Of a DNA stretch of 50,395 bases, positions 46,669 through 50,395 are shown piece by piece (within the stretch, counting starts at the first letter, position 1; each line of letters opens with the position of its first letter). The notes below the pieces were generated by a model, which saw nothing but the letters and a program-made list of their open reading frames with translations, had not been told where the DNA came from and ran no database searches. The position numbers and the translations under genes were made by a program. The stretch lies in assembly GCA_030608465.1 (NCBI GenBank), contig JAUWEC010000002.1, positions 1 to 50,395 of the forward strand. Direction: 5' to 3'. This DNA is from Chloroflexota bacterium (lineage in GTDB: Bacteria; Chloroflexota; Anaerolineae; Anaerolineales; UBA11858).

Positions 46669-47454
46669 TTAGAACCCGATTTCTTCCTTCACCGTTTGGA
46701 GAAGCTTATCTGCTTGAAGATCAGTGAGACAGTAATAAGATGCCTTTAAGTGATCAGCAATTTCACTTGCCAGGCCTTTGTCAAATTCCCGGTGCTCCAT
46801 ATTGATAACGACACTGGGAATTTCTTCCATGGCGATTTTTTCGGCAATCTTATAGGCTTCTTCTTGGGGCGGCATCCGGGATATCGATACATTTCCAACC
46901 CCGTCTGTGAGCAGGATCAGCAGGGGACGGACATCTGGATGAGCAAGTTCCTCCCGTTTAATAACCTTGAAAGCCATGTTTAGCCCTGCTGACAGGGGGG
47001 TTTTTCCCCCTATGGGAATATCTGACAAGGAGCGCCGGGCAAGCTCTATAGAGTTTGTAGGAGGCAGAACCAGCTGGGCCCGATCTTTTTGGAAAACCAC
47101 CATGCCAACCCGATCGCGTCGCTGGTAAGCATCTGTCAACAGAGAGAGGATAGCGCCTTTGGCAGCGCTCATCCGTTCAGCAACAGCCATTGACCAGGAG
47201 GCATCCACGACAAAGAGGATTAAATTGGAAGTTTGTTTAACGCGGACTTTTCGCTGGAGGTCATGCTTGCGAATGGAAAAAGCCAATTTATTATCAGCGG
47301 CGCGGCGCTGCTTCTGGAATGGCGCCGCTGCCCGGATAGTGGCGTCAAAAGCGATATCTGATGTCTTGCCCTCGGCCGGCCGGGCCTGGATATACCTTCC
47401 CCTTTTTGTTTCTGTTCGGGTCTGAGAACGGCGACCGCTGGATCTGCGGTTCAT
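46669..47454 (-). CDS. VWA-domain protein resembling the C-terminal half of Mg-chelatase subunit D (ChlD/BchD)
   Basis: RGRYIQARP...DIAFDATIRAAAPFQ, then MIDAS VVDASWSM and GGKTPLSAGL. The only canonical start is ATG 47454, which has no SD. Its frame stays open upstream to 47625. Confidence 0.8.
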   Translation of the reverse strand: MNRRSSGRRSQTRTETKRGRYIQARPAEGKTSDIAFDATIRAAAPFQKQRRAADNKLAFSIRKHDLQRKVRVKQTSNLILFVVDASWSMAVAERMSAAKGAILSLLTDAYQRRDRVGMVVFQKDRAQLVLPPTNSIELARRSLSDIPIGGKTPLSAGLNMAFKVIKREELAHPDVRPLLILLTDGVGNVSISRMPPQEEAYKIAEKIAMEEIPSVVINMEHREFDKGLASEIADHLKASYYCLTDLQADKLLQTVKEEIGF

Positions 47455-47612
47455 CCGGTCGAGAGGGGCATCTATTATATCCGGGTCAAAAGAGTCTCCG
47501 ATTTTTACAGGATTACCGCCTTCCCACCAAGCGGCGCTGCTATGCTCAAAGACCTCTCTGGACCCAGATTCCGCTGAAATTTCGTTATGTTGTGTATCAA
47601 TAACTGAGCTTG

Positions 47613-48731
47613 CTAGAGTTTTTTTTTATCGCCGTTATCCCCCGTTGCTTCACTGCCGGATTCCTCGCCTTGATCTCCCGGCTCCCCCTCAGCTTCCGCT
47701 GAAGCGCCTTCGAGCTGTTCAATCTTTTCTGTCAATTCTTCAGCAGTGACTTCAGATTGCTGGAAAGGTCCCCGTTTTAATCGATGTGGGTAAGCGAGCT
47801 CAGCGGCTAATCCAATATCTCTGCCGGTGATTGCCGTTCTGCCCTCAAAAGCAGCATGAGCCCTGGCGGTTTTCAAGGTTACCAGGTCGGAGCGATGGCC
47901 ATCTACCTTGAGGGAGACGCTCAGGTTGGCGATATCAACCAGGTTTTTAGAGGAATACCGTACTTCCGGCAGCAGTTTTCTAGCGAGGGTGATTTGCTGG
48001 GATAATTCCTGTTCTTTGGGAAGCCATTGTTCCCGGAAAGCTGCGGGGTCCTCTTCGTAGGCCAGGTGCCGTTCCATAATCAGAACCCGTTCATGTATAT
48101 CGCGGATTCCGCGGATGTCCACTGAGAGAGCAAAACGATCCATAAGCTGCGGGCGGAGATCACCTTCTTCGGGATTCATGGTGCCAACCAATATGAATCG
48201 GGCAGGATGACTGAAGGAAATCCCTTCTCGTTCAACAATATTCATACCCATAGCGGCAGAATCTAGCAGCAGGTCTACCACATGATCATCCAGCAGGTTT
48301 ACTTCATCGATATACAGAAGTCCCCGGTTGGCATCAGCCAGCACACCCGGATCAAAATGACGTTCACCTACCTGGATGGCTTTTTCAATATCTAATGTGC
48401 CGACTACCCGGTCCTCGGTTGCTGAAACTGGTAAATTAACAAAAGGAGTTGGCAGCATTTCAATTTTCCGCTGGTCGCCATTTTCCGATTTTTCCCGGCA
48501 TTCAGTGCACCAGGTTGTAGGCCGGTTTGGATCACAGCTAAAGCGGCAGTCAGAAAAGGTTTCCACAGTGGGCAGTAAAGCTGCCAGAGCCCGAGCAGCA
48601 GTGGATTTTGCAGTTCCGCGTTCCCCGCGGATCAAAACGCCGCCGATTCTGGTATTAACAGCGTTAAGAACCAGAGCACGTTTCATGCGTTCTTGACCCA
48701 CGACTGCAGTAAAAGGATAAATCGATGTCAT
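47613..48731 (-). CDS. ChlI/BchI-type AAA+ ATPase (Mg-chelatase subunit I family) with acidic C-terminal tail
   Basis: FTAVVGQERMKRALVLNAV, Walker A GERGTAKST, Cys-rich insert CRFSCDP...CTEC, Walker B LYIDEVNLLDDHVVDLLLD and NPEEGDLRPQLMDRFALSV. Start set at ATG 48731; the track start is 48791. Ends DKKKL-stop inside an A9 tract. Confidence 0.85.
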   Translation of the reverse strand: MTSIYPFTAVVGQERMKRALVLNAVNTRIGGVLIRGERGTAKSTAARALAALLPTVETFSDCRFSCDPNRPTTWCTECREKSENGDQRKIEMLPTPFVNLPVSATEDRVVGTLDIEKAIQVGERHFDPGVLADANRGLLYIDEVNLLDDHVVDLLLDSAAMGMNIVEREGISFSHPARFILVGTMNPEEGDLRPQLMDRFALSVDIRGIRDIHERVLIMERHLAYEEDPAAFREQWLPKEQELSQQITLARKLLPEVRYSSKNLVDIANLSVSLKVDGHRSDLVTLKTARAHAAFEGRTAITGRDIGLAAELAYPHRLKRGPFQQSEVTAEELTEKIEQLEGASAEAEGEPGDQGEESGSEATGDNGDKKKL

Positions 48732-48835
48732 TTGATTCCTGATTTCAGGCGAAAGTTGCCTTAATTTCCTTATATCTATCAAAAACTTCATAAATAATAC
48801 AGATGTTTTTACTCAGTGTCATCTTACCACAAAGG

Positions 48836-48864
48836 TTTACAAGTTGATATTTGCACTGTATAAT
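48836..48864 (+). promoter_or_regulatory. Candidate sigma-70 promoter for rpsA
   Basis: TTTACA (48836-48841), 17-nt spacer, TATAAT (48859-48864). It lies 33 nt upstream of ATG 48897. Confidence 0.55.
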
Positions 48865-48896
48865 GATGTCCATTCTAAAACGGAGCGTGCCATTTT

Positions 48897-50395
48897 ATGG
48901 AAGAGATGAAGTCCCAACTTGGGGGAGAATCAATTCAAGAGAATTCACCCCCTTCAGAAATTATGGATATGGAAACACTCTTAGCCCAGGAAGGCCTAGG
49001 GCTAGGAAATATCCCTGAACGGGGAGATATCCGAAAAGGGGTAATCACAGCGATTACCTCAAACGAGATCCTGATCGATGTCCAATCGAAAGCGGATGGT
49101 TTGATTGCCGGACGGGAGCTGGAGGGTATCAACCCCCAAACCCTGAAAGATTTTCAAGTTGGAGAAGAAATCCTCGTTTATGTACTAGAACCGGAAGATA
49201 ACAACGGTCATGTTGTGCTTTCGTTTACCCGTGCCCAGGAAGAACAGGACTGGGAAAAGGTAGAGAGCAGTCTTGAATCCGGGGAAGCAATTACAACTTT
49301 TGTGGAAGGATACAATAAAGGTGGATTGCTGGTTCCGGTTGGTCAGCTGCGCGGATTTGTTCCCGGGTCATTGGTGAGTGTTTTCCGCGAAGGTGATGGC
49401 GGCTCACCGGAAGACCGCTGGAGCGAAGCTATCGGGAAAGAAATTACTTTGAAAGTAATCGAAGTTGATAGATCCCGGCAGCGATTAATCCTTTCTGAAC
49501 GTGACGCGATTGGAGAAACCCGGGAAGCAATCAAGGACCAGCTGCTGGATAATCTAGCAGTCGGAGATCGGGTGTCTGGTTACGTAAGCAGCCTGGCGGA
49601 TTTCGGCGCTTTTGTAAACATCCAGGGAGTGGACGGATTGGTTCACCTTTCCGAACTTTCCTGGGACCATGTAGACCATCCCAGTGATTTGGTGAAAGTT
49701 GGGCAGGAACTGGAGGTTGAGGTCATCAGCATTGATGAGGATAAACGCCGCATTGGTTTATCCATGAGACGGCTGCAGGATAATCCCTGGATAGAGAAAG
49801 CTGAGGAAATCCAAGAAGGACAGTTGATCCAAGGTACGATTACTAACCTGACAGATTTTGGGGCCTTTGCCCGTATTGAGAACACAGATCTGGAAGGATT
49901 AATTCATATATCTGAACTAAGCATGGATCGAGTCGGCCATCCTTCTGAGGTAGTGAGTGTAGGGGAAACTCTGGCTTTACGTGTGATCAGTCTGGACATG
50001 GAGCGGCACCGAATTGGATTAAGCCTGGAGAAAGTAGACTCAGATGAATACGCTAAGATTGACTTGGAGCAGATTCAAGAAGAACTGAATGGAGAAAGTT
50101 CATTAGAGGATTTGTTGTCCGGTACGGAAGCTGGGGAGGAAATGGAAGAAGGACCTGTGTCTGAACTTTCCGATGACGTGGAAGCGGAAAAGGAAGGTAC
50201 AGAGGACGAGGAAACAGAAGAGGAAGAGGAAGTAGATAAACCTCCCGCAGAAGAAGAGCCAGAAGAGGAAGAGGAAGTAGATGAACCTCCCGCAGAAGAA
50301 GAGCCAGATGAGGAAGAGGAAGTAGATGAACCTCCCGCAGAAGAAGAGCCAGATGAGGAAGAGGAAGTAGATGAACCTCCCGCAGAAGAAGAGCC
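48897..50395 (+). CDS. rpsA: 30S ribosomal protein S1 (four S1 domains) with acidic repeat tail; 3' end outside window
   Basis: Not in the ORF track because no stop is reached. The frame is open from ATG 48897, with GGAG 11 nt upstream, to the window end. Four S1 domains are present, e.g. GDRVSGYVSSLADFGAFVNIQGVDGLVHLSELS and GQLIQGTITNLTDFGAFARIE...GLIHISELS. Confidence 0.88.
   Translation, partial: MEEMKSQLGGESIQENSPPSEIMDMETLLAQEGLGLGNIPERGDIRKGVITAITSNEILIDVQSKADGLIAGRELEGINPQTLKDFQVGEEILVYVLEPEDNNGHVVLSFTRAQEEQDWEKVESSLESGEAITTFVEGYNKGGLLVPVGQLRGFVPGSLVSVFREGDGGSPEDRWSEAIGKEITLKVIEVDRSRQRLILSERDAIGETREAIKDQLLDNLAVGDRVSGYVSSLADFGAFVNIQGVDGLVHLSELSWDHVDHPSDLVKVGQELEVEVISIDEDKRRIGLSMRRLQDNPWIEKAEEIQEGQLIQGTITNLTDFGAFARIENTDLEGLIHISELSMDRVGHPSEVVSVGETLALRVISLDMERHRIGLSLEKVDSDEYAKIDLEQIQEELNGESSLEDLLSGTEAGEEMEEGPVSELSDDVEAEKEGTEDEETEEEEEVDKPPAEEEPEEEEEVDEPPAEEEPDEEEEVDEPPAEEEPDEEEEVDEPPAEEE
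50217..50395 (+). repeat. In-frame 45-nt tandem repeat (about 4 units) encoding E-E-E-E-E-V-D-[KE]-P-P-A-E-E-E-P
   Basis: Units at 50217-50261, 50262-50306, 50307-50351 and 50352-50395 (cut by the window end). Units 3 and 4 are identical at nucleotide level. Units 1 and 2 differ from them at 2-3 positions. Confidence 0.9.

Noticed and set aside
47613-48731. Reading the ChlI/ChlD-like genes as evidence of (bacterio)chlorophyll or aerobic cobalamin biosynthesis
   Set aside because: No H/CobN-type large subunit and no other tetrapyrrole gene is in the window. AAA+/VWA pairs of this family occur widely outside chelatases, so no pathway claim is justified.
48935-49885. Three minus-strand ORFs of 63-80 aa in the right-hand 1.5 kb
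   Set aside because: They are antisense to the open rpsA frame. That frame is absent from the track only because it has no stop within the window. The S1-domain repeats make the plus-strand call unambiguous.

Overview
This is a compact 50.4-kb chromosomal window with about 45 protein-coding genes on both strands. All calls were made by eye from the ORF track and raw sequence; no searches or computations were run.

Most of the window is housekeeping:
- Transport, stress and central metabolism: the 3' end of an Opp/Dpp-type ABC ATPase, UspA, DegV, lpdA, ptsH-ptsI, nadE, pepF, glpD, mtnA, gdhA, a deoxynucleoside kinase and trxA.
- RNA and translation: Tex, an RNase D plus beta-CASP hydrolase pair, an ABC-F ATPase, a RumA-type methyltransferase, and a 4-domain rpsA that runs off the right edge.
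- Replication, repair and envelope: dnaN, sbcC, an LCP protein and an FHA protein.
- Regulation: a SAM-I riboswitch in front of metK.

Gene content suggests a Chloroflexota/Anaerolineae-like or similar anaerobe. This is a weak inference only.

No rRNA, tRNA, CRISPR array, integrase or transposase was recognised.

The most unusual observations, in rough order of interest:
1. A ChlI-type AAA+ ORF and a ChlD-type VWA ORF are separated by an A9 tract. The -1 frame stays open across the whole 158-nt gap, so one extra A or a -1 slip would give a full ChlD-like fusion. This pair sits directly upstream of an sbcC that has no sbcD partner.
2. An orphan promoter-to-terminator unit of about 240 nt lies upstream of an aminotransferase gene. 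It could be an sRNA, a leader or a 32-codon sORF.
3. An AT-rich islet carries a GIY-YIG gene embedded in at least 7 copies of a 26-nt hairpin repeat.
4. At about 11.75 kb two gene fragments abut head to head. One is a 5'-truncated E2 acyltransferase, beside an orphan lpdA and an EII-less ptsHI-DUF89 operon.
5. A five-gene cluster at 1-6.5 kb rich in phosphate-handling enzymes has no pathway I can name.
6. A lipoprotein carries five C-P-x-G-[FY]-x8-C modules.
7. A perfect 45-nt tandem repeat in the rpsA tail coincides with the window end.
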